Assembly (NCBI GenBank): GCA_037200925.1 | Contig: JBBCGO010000001.1 | Location: 317,248 to 381,247, forward strand | Source of the DNA: Candidatus Doudnabacteria bacterium | GTDB lineage: Bacteria; Patescibacteriota; Doudnabacteria; UBA920; O2-02-FULL-48-8 | DNA: 64,000 bases | Direction of reading: 5' to 3' | Shown: piece by piece, positions 57,084 to 64,000 of the stretch | Layout: each line of letters opens with the position of its first letter | Position numbering within the stretch: the first letter of the stretch is position 1 | Notes under the pieces: model-generated | Databases searched by the model: none | The model's input: only the letters and a program-made list of their open reading frames with translations | What the model was told of the DNA's origin: nothing | Made by a program: the position numbers and the translations under genes

Positions 57084-59357
57084 CTATTCCACTACAAAAT
57101 TAATCAATTTGTCCTGGACAAAAATCTCTTTCACAATTTCCTTGCCTTCCAAATGTCTTTTGACATTTGCATCTGCCAAAGCCTTTTCTTTCACTTCAGA
57201 CTGTGAAGCACCGGAAGAAAATGCCAAAGACGCGCGGACCCGGCCCAAAACCTGAACTACCACCGTAACTGTTTCTTCCTTGGTTAATTTTTCATTATAT
57301 TTCGGCCAGGATTGGGTATGAATTGATTCCTTATGCTTCAACTGATGCCATAGATCTTCTGTCATGTGCGGGGCAAAGGGCGCTAGCAGGATCAAAAAAG
57401 TTTCCCAATTCTCTTTTGACAGTTGCTTGTTCTCGTTCAAAAATTCCATAAATGAGGCGACAGCGGTATTGAATTTGAAATTCTCAATGTCAGAAGTGAT
57501 TTTTTTGGTCAATTTATTGATTTGCTTGTTGTCCGTGCCTGCCTCAAAAACCTGCTGATACCGCCAAACTTTGTCCAAAAATCTTTTTACGCCGACAATT
57601 CCATTGGTTTGCCAAGGCTTGGCGTCTTCCAAGGGCCCCAAGAACATTTCATACATCCGGAAGGCATCAGCGCCGAATTGTTCGATGACTTCGTCCGGAT
57701 TGATGACATTGCCTCGCGATTTGCTCATTTTCTCGCCATCAGGTCCCAGGATCAATCCTTGATTGCGAAGTTTGATGAATGGTTCTTCAAAATTAACATA
57801 ACCCAGATCAAATAAAGCTTTGGTAAAAAATCTTGCATACATCAAATGCAACACTGCGTGTTCCGCGCCGCCCACATACGTGTCCACAGGCAGCCATTCT
57901 TTCATTTTTTTCTTGTCGGCAAAAGATTTGTCATTATGAGGATCGGCAAACCGGAAAAAATACCAGGATGAATCCACAAACGTATCCATAGTGTCGTGAT
58001 CGCGCCGGGCCGGGCCTTCGCACTTTGGACATTTCACGTCATTGAATTTTTTTGATCTGGCCAAAGGGGATTCGCCTGTGGGTATGAAATCAACATCATC
58101 CGGCAATTTCACGGGAAGATCTTCATCCGGCACAGGACTCATGCCGCATTTGTCGCAATAAATGATCGGGATGGGCGCGCCCCAATATCGCTGCCTGGAG
58201 ATCAGCCAATCGCGTAGTTTATATTGAATTTTTTTAGTTCCGAATTTTTTAATTGCTTCCGGAATTGGCATGAGTGGTTTGTCGGCAATAGGGATATCAT
58301 ACTTTTCCGCAAATTGTCGGTCCCGCTCGTCGTGCGCAGGAACTGCCATGATCGCGCCGGTGCCATAAGTCGCGAGTACATAATCTGCGATCCAGACCGG
58401 AATTTTTTCTTTAGTGGCAGGATTAATCGCAAAGGCCCCGGTGAATTCACCTGTTTTTACTTTCTCCAATGCTGTCCGTTCCAGTTCTGATTTAGCTTTG
58501 GTTTTTTCTATATATTCGTTAACTGCTTTTTTGCGGTCTGCAGTCGTGATTTGAGGTAACAAAGAGTGTTCCGGCGACAAAACCATATATGTTGCGCCGA
58601 ACAATGTATCTGGCCTGGTGGTGAAGACTTTGATTTTTTCTTTTCCATTTTCCAATTCAAACTCGATCTCTGCTCCTTCGCTTCGGCCGATCCAGTTTTT
58701 CTGCATGAGTTTGATCGGCTCCGGCCAGTTCAGTTTAGTAAGTTCATTCAACAGCCTGTCTGCGTAATCCGTGATCTTGAAAAACCATTGGGATAACAGT
58801 TTTTGCACAACGACAGTGCCGCATCGCTCGCAGCAGCCGTCGATCACCTGCTCATTGGCCAGAACCGTCTGGTCTTTCGGACACCAGTTCACATATGCCT
58901 CTTTTTTGTATGCCAGGCCTTTTTTGTATAACTGCAAAAACAGCCATTGGGTCCATTTGTAGTACTCAGGATCAGAAGTGTTTAATTCACGTGACCAATC
59001 ATAAGAAAGCCCGATGGACTTTATCTGCTCCCGAAAACGGTTTATATTTTTGGCAATCGATTCAGCTGGAGCGATCCCTTCTTTGATCGCATAATTCTCC
59101 GCCGGCAGGCCAAAAGCGTCCCAACCCATGGGATGCAGAACATCGAAGCCCTGCATGCGCATGAAGCGGGATAAAATATCAGTCGCTGTATACCCTTCCG
59201 GATGGCCGACGTGAAGGCCAACACCAGACGGATACGGGAACATATCCAAAATATACTGCTTCTTCTTTGGATGCTCAGGCGTTTTATAGAGTTGCATCTT
59301 CTCCCAAGCTTCCTGCCACTTCTTTTCAATTGTCTTATGGTCGTAAATTTCTGGCAT
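57084..59357 (-). CDS. leuS: leucine--tRNA ligase
   Basis: PYPSGVGLHVGHPEGY (HIGH) and KMSKS; 757 aa. Confidence 0.85.
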   Translation of the reverse strand: MPEIYDHKTIEKKWQEAWEKMQLYKTPEHPKKKQYILDMFPYPSGVGLHVGHPEGYTATDILSRFMRMQGFDVLHPMGWDAFGLPAENYAIKEGIAPAESIAKNINRFREQIKSIGLSYDWSRELNTSDPEYYKWTQWLFLQLYKKGLAYKKEAYVNWCPKDQTVLANEQVIDGCCERCGTVVVQKLLSQWFFKITDYADRLLNELTKLNWPEPIKLMQKNWIGRSEGAEIEFELENGKEKIKVFTTRPDTLFGATYMVLSPEHSLLPQITTADRKKAVNEYIEKTKAKSELERTALEKVKTGEFTGAFAINPATKEKIPVWIADYVLATYGTGAIMAVPAHDERDRQFAEKYDIPIADKPLMPIPEAIKKFGTKKIQYKLRDWLISRQRYWGAPIPIIYCDKCGMSPVPDEDLPVKLPDDVDFIPTGESPLARSKKFNDVKCPKCEGPARRDHDTMDTFVDSSWYFFRFADPHNDKSFADKKKMKEWLPVDTYVGGAEHAVLHLMYARFFTKALFDLGYVNFEEPFIKLRNQGLILGPDGEKMSKSRGNVINPDEVIEQFGADAFRMYEMFLGPLEDAKPWQTNGIVGVKRFLDKVWRYQQVFEAGTDNKQINKLTKKITSDIENFKFNTAVASFMEFLNENKQLSKENWETFLILLAPFAPHMTEDLWHQLKHKESIHTQSWPKYNEKLTKEETVTVVVQVLGRVRASLAFSSGASQSEVKEKALADANVKRHLEGKEIVKEIFVQDKLINFVVE

Positions 59358-59443
59358 ATACTCAACTTATTCTAGCATTTCGGGCATTTTTTGATAAATG
59401 ATTTCAAATAGTTTAAAATAGTGTTAACTTCACGGAGGGTCTC

Positions 59444-59908
59444 ATGCCTCTGAACCAGGAAGAACTCGACCGGAAGATCCACCAGCTTACGTTTTGCTAC
59501 CGGATCGTCGCCAAAAAGCTTCTGGGCAATTCGGAGTTGGGCAAACTCTGGGCACAAGAACAGAACAGACGACAGGACCAAGTCTTTGGGCTAGAAATAC
59601 TCTGGTCCAAAACGCAACAAAAGTTTCGCGAAGAAAGGCAGAGAATGGACCAGGGTTTTGCGGAGTTTGTCATGCTGCTTGAGTCGTCGATCGAAGAATC
59701 ATCAGCCGCAAGCACTCTTCGCAACATCAAGGAAGAGATCCAAGGGGCCTACCCGGAATTCTGTATCGGCATTCTGATATCGTCACAGCCGAAACAGACA
59801 GCTCTGGTGTGCCTCCCAAAATCATCTCGCTTCGAAATTAATGCCAATGACCGCAGGTTCCTGCGATCTTTGCGAATTGTGGCAGACCAATCAGATCAAC
59901 AGGATTAA
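59444..59908 (+). CDS. hypothetical protein (154 aa), isolated plus-strand gene
   Basis: SD GGAGGG; helical; T8 run after the stop. Confidence 0.45.
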   Translation: MPLNQEELDRKIHQLTFCYRIVAKKLLGNSELGKLWAQEQNRRQDQVFGLEILWSKTQQKFREERQRMDQGFAEFVMLLESSIEESSAASTLRNIKEEIQGAYPEFCIGILISSQPKQTALVCLPKSSRFEINANDRRFLRSLRIVADQSDQQD

Positions 59909-60774
59909 CCTGCTGATCTTTTTTTTATGCCAAACAGTTCACAAGCATTCTCAAAAGTTTTTTGCCCGACCTCTTCCACATTCAATTTTCTGATCTCAGC
60001 CATCCTTGCCGCCACATGCCGGACATAGGACGGTTCGTTTCTTTTTCCGCGATAAGGCGGGGGGGTTAAGTAAGGCGCATCGGTTTCCGTCAGCAATCGG
60101 TCAAACGGGGATTTTTCCACGACTTCCGCCAGCTTACCGGTTTTGTCAAAAGTTAAAATACCGTTGAGTGCAATATAAAATCCCAAGTCAAGAAATTTTT
60201 TCGCAGTTTCCCAGTTGTCCGTAAATGAATGCGCCACGCCCGGAAGCCCTTCGTATTCGCTTTTCAAAATTTCTATCAAGTCAGAATAGGCATCGCGGCA
60301 ATGGATTATGACGGGCAGGCCGTGTTTTTTTGCAAATTCCAATTGTTTGATGAATTCTTGTTTTTGCCGCCGCTTGATGGGTTCCGGATCTTGCCCTAGG
60401 GGCAATCGGAAATAATCCAGTCCGCACTCCCCGATCGCCACAACTTTATCCGAAAGCATTGGCTCATAATCCGTTTCCTCAAAATTTTCCGCACGGGATT
60501 GGAAATGGCTTTCTTCCTCATCGAGCATTTGCTGATAAGTATGCACCGGATGAAGCCCGATGGCCGCATAAACTCCTTCCGGATGATCTTTCGCCAGATC
60601 CACCGCGGATTGGGATGTGTCGGTTTGTGTCCCGACATTGATCATCCAGGTTTCCGCATCCAAAGCACGCTTCACAATTTGGTCACGGTCTTCTTTGAAT
60701 GCCGAAAAATTAACGTGAGTGTGAGTGTCGAAATACATAGATAAGATTGCTTCGTCGACTTCGCCTCCTCGCAA
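59905..60774 (-). CDS. tatD: TatD-family metal-dependent hydrolase/deoxyribonuclease
   Basis: YFDTHTHVNF... Confidence 0.8.
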   Translation of the reverse strand: MRGGEVDEAILSMYFDTHTHVNFSAFKEDRDQIVKRALDAETWMINVGTQTDTSQSAVDLAKDHPEGVYAAIGLHPVHTYQQMLDEEESHFQSRAENFEETDYEPMLSDKVVAIGECGLDYFRLPLGQDPEPIKRRQKQEFIKQLEFAKKHGLPVIIHCRDAYSDLIEILKSEYEGLPGVAHSFTDNWETAKKFLDLGFYIALNGILTFDKTGKLAEVVEKSPFDRLLTETDAPYLTPPPYRGKRNEPSYVRHVAARMAEIRKLNVEEVGQKTFENACELFGIKKRSAG

Positions 60775-60813
60775 ATTCGAATCTGCGAGCGAAGCGAAGC
60801 AGTCTATTCCAAG

Positions 60814-62250
60814 TTAATCAATCTTCTGGAAAAGCGGCTCAGGTTTTTTTATTTCTCCTGACTCCAGCACCGATTTGATCTTCTGGGCTGTTTCGGGCAT
60901 GATGGGCGATAATTTTGCCGCGATCTCAAGCAATAGCGCGGCCAAACTTAACAGCAGGGTTTTTACTTTGTCAGGATCGGTCTTGACCAGTTCCCAGGGC
61001 TTGGATTTGTCTATCAGCTGGTTGGCCCAGGCGATCTCTTTCCAGATCAATACCAATCCTTCGGAAAAATCAAAATTATAGAACGATTCCCAGGCGCCTG
61101 ACAGGTCTTTTGGCGAGTCCGCGAAATCCTCGATCTGGCCGTCAAGATATTTTTCTATCATATCGGTCACGCGGGAAAACAAATTGCCCAGGCCATTCGC
61201 CAGATCGCCGTTAAAGCGCGCTTTCAATTTTTCCTCGCTGACGTCCCCGTCCTGTCCGAACGGCACCTCACGCAACAGAAAATAGCGCACGGCGTCCGGT
61301 CCGTACTTCGCCACCCAGTCATTCGGATCGATAACGTTACCCACGGTTTTGCTCATTTTCTGCCCGTCAACGGTAAAAAACCCGTGCGCAAATACTTTCT
61401 TGGGAATTTCCTCGCCGATAGCAAGCAAAAGCGCCGGCCAGATAACGCAATGAAATTTTATGATATCTTTGGCCATGAGATGTGCATCCGCCGGCCAAAA
61501 TTTCCTGAAATTCTCCTCATCTTCGCCATAACCAATAGCGGAACAGTAATTGAACAAGGCTTCCACCCAGACATATACGGTCTGGTTTTCGTCCCAGGGC
61601 AAAGGGATCCCCCACTTAACGTTAGGTCTTGAGATCGCGATATCCTCCAGGCCCTGCCTGACGAAAGACAGAACCTCGTTGCGCCTGGCTTCCGGCCTGA
61701 TCACGAAATCATTATCGGAAATTTTTTCTTCCAGGATCTTTTGGTATTCGGATAATTTAAAAAACCAATTTTTTTCCTTCAAATGCAGAGGCTTGGTCTT
61801 ATGCTCCGGACACAGGCCGTTGACCAGTTCCGACTCTTTGATAAAAGCCTCATGACCCACGCAATACAAACCTTCGTATTCTCCTTCATAAAGCTTGCCG
61901 GAATCTTTCAGTTTATTTAAAAACTTACCCACTGCTACTATATGTTCCTTATCAGTGGTACGTATAAATTTATCCGGCGCGATGCCTAAGCTATCCCAGG
62001 CAAACGAAAACTTGGCGGAGATCTCGTCTACGAATTCTTTCGGCGACTTGCCGCTCTTTTCTGCAGCTTGCGCGATCTTGGCTCCGTGCTCATCAGTGCC
62101 CGTGAGAAAAAACACGTCCTCGCCCAAAAGCCTGTGAAGACGGGCCACGACGTCGGCCGCGATAGTGGTATAGGCGTGGCCAATGTGCGGTTTATCATTC
62201 ACATAATATATCGGCGTGGTGATATAGAATTTTTTCTGCTCTTCTACCAT
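60814..62250 (-). CDS. metG: methionine--tRNA ligase
   Basis: YYVNDKPHIGHAYT (HIGH), KMSKT. Confidence 0.85.
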   Translation of the reverse strand: MVEEQKKFYITTPIYYVNDKPHIGHAYTTIAADVVARLHRLLGEDVFFLTGTDEHGAKIAQAAEKSGKSPKEFVDEISAKFSFAWDSLGIAPDKFIRTTDKEHIVAVGKFLNKLKDSGKLYEGEYEGLYCVGHEAFIKESELVNGLCPEHKTKPLHLKEKNWFFKLSEYQKILEEKISDNDFVIRPEARRNEVLSFVRQGLEDIAISRPNVKWGIPLPWDENQTVYVWVEALFNYCSAIGYGEDEENFRKFWPADAHLMAKDIIKFHCVIWPALLLAIGEEIPKKVFAHGFFTVDGQKMSKTVGNVIDPNDWVAKYGPDAVRYFLLREVPFGQDGDVSEEKLKARFNGDLANGLGNLFSRVTDMIEKYLDGQIEDFADSPKDLSGAWESFYNFDFSEGLVLIWKEIAWANQLIDKSKPWELVKTDPDKVKTLLLSLAALLLEIAAKLSPIMPETAQKIKSVLESGEIKKPEPLFQKID

Positions 62251-62313
62251 ATTTGTAAATTAAAAAAGCCTGACTTAAGGCCTGATAATTATAGCATAAA
62301 TCCCGCTAAAAAA

Positions 62314-63339
62314 TCAGGCCGGAGGTTCTCCGATCTGCCCGTCCATGATGTCGTTGATAAATACCGAAATTCCGCTGGCCACCGGGATGGCGATCAATGC
62401 TCCGACTACTCCTCCCAGCGTTGCTCCGACCAAAACGGCCAAAATGACCATGATCGGGTTTATGCCCACGCTTTTGCTCATAAGGATGGGCACGATCACG
62501 TGGGCTTCCAGTTGCAGAATGATGAACCAAAGGATCAATACGGCCAAAGCCAGGGCCGGACTCTGCAAAAATGCGAAGAATACGCCGATGGCCAGTCCGA
62601 TGAACGGCCCGATGATCGGGACGATCTCGAGCAAACCCGCAACCAAGGCCAGAACGAGGGCGAATTGCACATTCAGAACCGTCAGGCCGATAAAGACCAG
62701 ACCGAAGATGACAGCAGATAAAATTATCTGTCCCAAAAGCCAGGAGCCCATTTTGCGCTGGATCTTCGTGACCAGCTTCATGACATAAGCCTGATGTTTG
62801 TAAGGCGACAGATGTTTAATGAAATTCTTCATGCCGTTTTCCTCTACCGTCAGGTAGAATGAGATCACGAGCACCAAGATCAGGGAAGCGATCCCTGTTA
62901 AGACCCCTCTGGTGGTGGCAAACAGCGTACCGCCGAAATTGTTGGCCAGATCATTAAAGCTGTTGTTAATGGCCTGGCCGAGCGCCGAATGGCTCAAATT
63001 TTCGCTATAGACGCCGATTTTGGAAATAAACGCCTGGTAAACGTCCGCGCTTTTGATGGCTTCGAATTGTGATGTTACCGGCGGCACGATCAAAAAACCT
63101 ATCAGTACCACGAGCCCCAGAAAGACTATATATACAAATGTCACGCTCAAGATTCTGGGAATTCTGTACTGGAGAAAAAAATCCGCCACCGGATCGATGG
63201 CCGATGAGATGATGATAGCGATCAAAAATATCAACAGCACGTCCCGCACCACCCATAAAAAGCAAAATAAAAGGACGATGAAAACGATCTTCAATAAAGT
63301 TACTGTGGAAATATTGATTGTGTCGTGGCGTTCGCTCAT
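62314..63339 (-). CDS. AI-2E family (PerM/YhhT) transporter
   Basis: 8-TM protein with the conserved UPF0118 architecture. Confidence 0.7.
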   Translation of the reverse strand: MSERHDTINISTVTLLKIVFIVLLFCFLWVVRDVLLIFLIAIIISSAIDPVADFFLQYRIPRILSVTFVYIVFLGLVVLIGFLIVPPVTSQFEAIKSADVYQAFISKIGVYSENLSHSALGQAINNSFNDLANNFGGTLFATTRGVLTGIASLILVLVISFYLTVEENGMKNFIKHLSPYKHQAYVMKLVTKIQRKMGSWLLGQIILSAVIFGLVFIGLTVLNVQFALVLALVAGLLEIVPIIGPFIGLAIGVFFAFLQSPALALAVLILWFIILQLEAHVIVPILMSKSVGINPIMVILAVLVGATLGGVVGALIAIPVASGISVFINDIMDGQIGEPPA

Positions 63340-63411
63340 GCAATTATTATATGTTTATTGCTTAAGTTTGTCGATAGTGATATATAATAAACCTAACTTG
63401 AGGAGGAGCCT

Positions 63412-63666
63412 ATGCAATCCGATTCGGTCTGTCTGACGTCCGAGGAACTGGAGCATTGGCCGCGGCTGCCGAAAGAACGTTCTATCCATCACAGGACTTG
63501 TGCGCAATGTGCCGAGAAAGTGCGGAAGCTGGTCCGACCCCGGTTCATTGAAGCCGCCGAGTCGTTCGGAGTGCGCCGGGGTTTGTCTGCCCAAGAAGTG
63601 CTGGACGGTGATCGGGCAGCTCTTACCCGCGGGGAGATTGATGAGGAACTTGACGACATGGCCTGA
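63412..63666 (+). CDS. hypothetical protein (84 aa), isolated plus-strand gene
   Basis: SD GAGGAGGA; extended -10 TGATATATAAT upstream; the stop codon lies inside a perfect terminator hairpin. Confidence 0.45.
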   Translation: MQSDSVCLTSEELEHWPRLPKERSIHHRTCAQCAEKVRKLVRPRFIEAAESFGVRRGLSAQEVLDGDRAALTRGEIDEELDDMA

Positions 63667-63692
63667 TCGTTGGAAGATCAGGCTTTTATTTT
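63661..63692 (+). terminator. intrinsic terminator
   Basis: GCCTGATC-gttggaa-GATCAGGC followed by TTTTATTTT. Confidence 0.7.
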
Positions 63693-64000
63693 CTGAATTT
63701 TTCCAAAATTGCAATATTCTTCGGATCGTCCTTCGGATCATCTTTCGGCGTTTCCAGGATCCAATCCCGTTTTCCCAAAACTTTATGATCAACCAGGGCT
63801 TTAAATCCCGCAAGCCCGATATGTCCCTGTCCTATATTTTCGTGCCGGTCCAGATGCATGCCCAATTCCGCTTTGGAATCATTAGCATGGACCATGATCA
63901 ATTTTTCAAACCCGATGACTTTTTCGAATTGTTTCAGGCTTTCCTCTACGACTTTTTTGTCCCTTAGATCATAACCCGAAGCAAAAGCATGGCAAGTATC
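63686..64000 (-). CDS. nfo: endonuclease IV (Nfo) family, C-terminal part; N-terminus lies beyond the window
   Basis: HLDRHENIGQGHIGLAGFKALVDH...ILETPK. Confidence 0.6.
   Translation of the reverse strand, partial: DTCHAFASGYDLRDKKVVEESLKQFEKVIGFEKLIMVHANDSKAELGMHLDRHENIGQGHIGLAGFKALVDHKVLGKRDWILETPKDDPKDDPKNIAILEKFRK

Noticed and set aside
63355-63813. Minus-strand 152-aa ORF
   Set aside because: It overlaps a plus-strand gene that has a strong SD, a promoter-like element and a perfect terminator. The minus ORF reads as protein-unlike.

Overview
This 64 kb window is a gene-dense stretch of a small, low-GC bacterial genome with Patescibacteria/CPR-like character. That assignment is an inference from three things: rpsE is followed directly by rplO with no L30 gene between them; the transketolase is split; and there are many paralogous membrane-anchored secreted proteins plus a type IV pilin. 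Nearly all core genes lie on the minus strand.

Main blocks, in window order:
- Central carbon cluster (positions 1-18.3 kb): eno, pgk, gap, fba, a PfkB-family kinase, a split transketolase, rpe, rpiB, tpiA and a GalT-like gene.
- str/S10/spc ribosomal superoperon plus secY, adk and map (20.8-43.1 kb): rpsL-rpsG-fusA, tuf, and the S10 and spc blocks.
- Riboflavin salvage module (46.7-48.6 kb): an EamA/ImpX-like transporter behind an FMN riboswitch, a monofunctional riboflavin kinase and a separate cytidylyltransferase-like FMN adenylyltransferase.
- Also present: tRNA-Pro(GGG), tRNA-Leu(CAA), parB, an ABC transporter pair, uppP, a PAP2 phosphatase, glyA, tsaC, leuS, tatD, metG, an AI-2E transporter and a partial nfo.

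What stands out:
- The conserved ribosomal operons carry inserted accessory genes. Three lipoprotein genes sit between rplB and rpsS, a glycerophosphodiester phosphodiesterase sits between rplC and rplD, and a lipoprotein sits between tuf and rpsJ. One of these inserts is flanked by a 24-bp duplication of the rpsS start.
- Two plus-strand islets of small, strong-SD, GC-richer ORFs with no recognisable function flank rpsL-rpsG-fusA. Each has its own promoter-like and terminator-like signals.
- A seven-member family of secreted proteins shares a W-x-TYTN-x-x-YGF-x-F-x-YP motif.
- pgk, gap, tpiA and an htrA-like gene each carry a +1 frameshift inside a homopolymer. These may be sequencing errors or may be real.

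No CRISPR array, rRNA or recognisable transposase or integrase was found.
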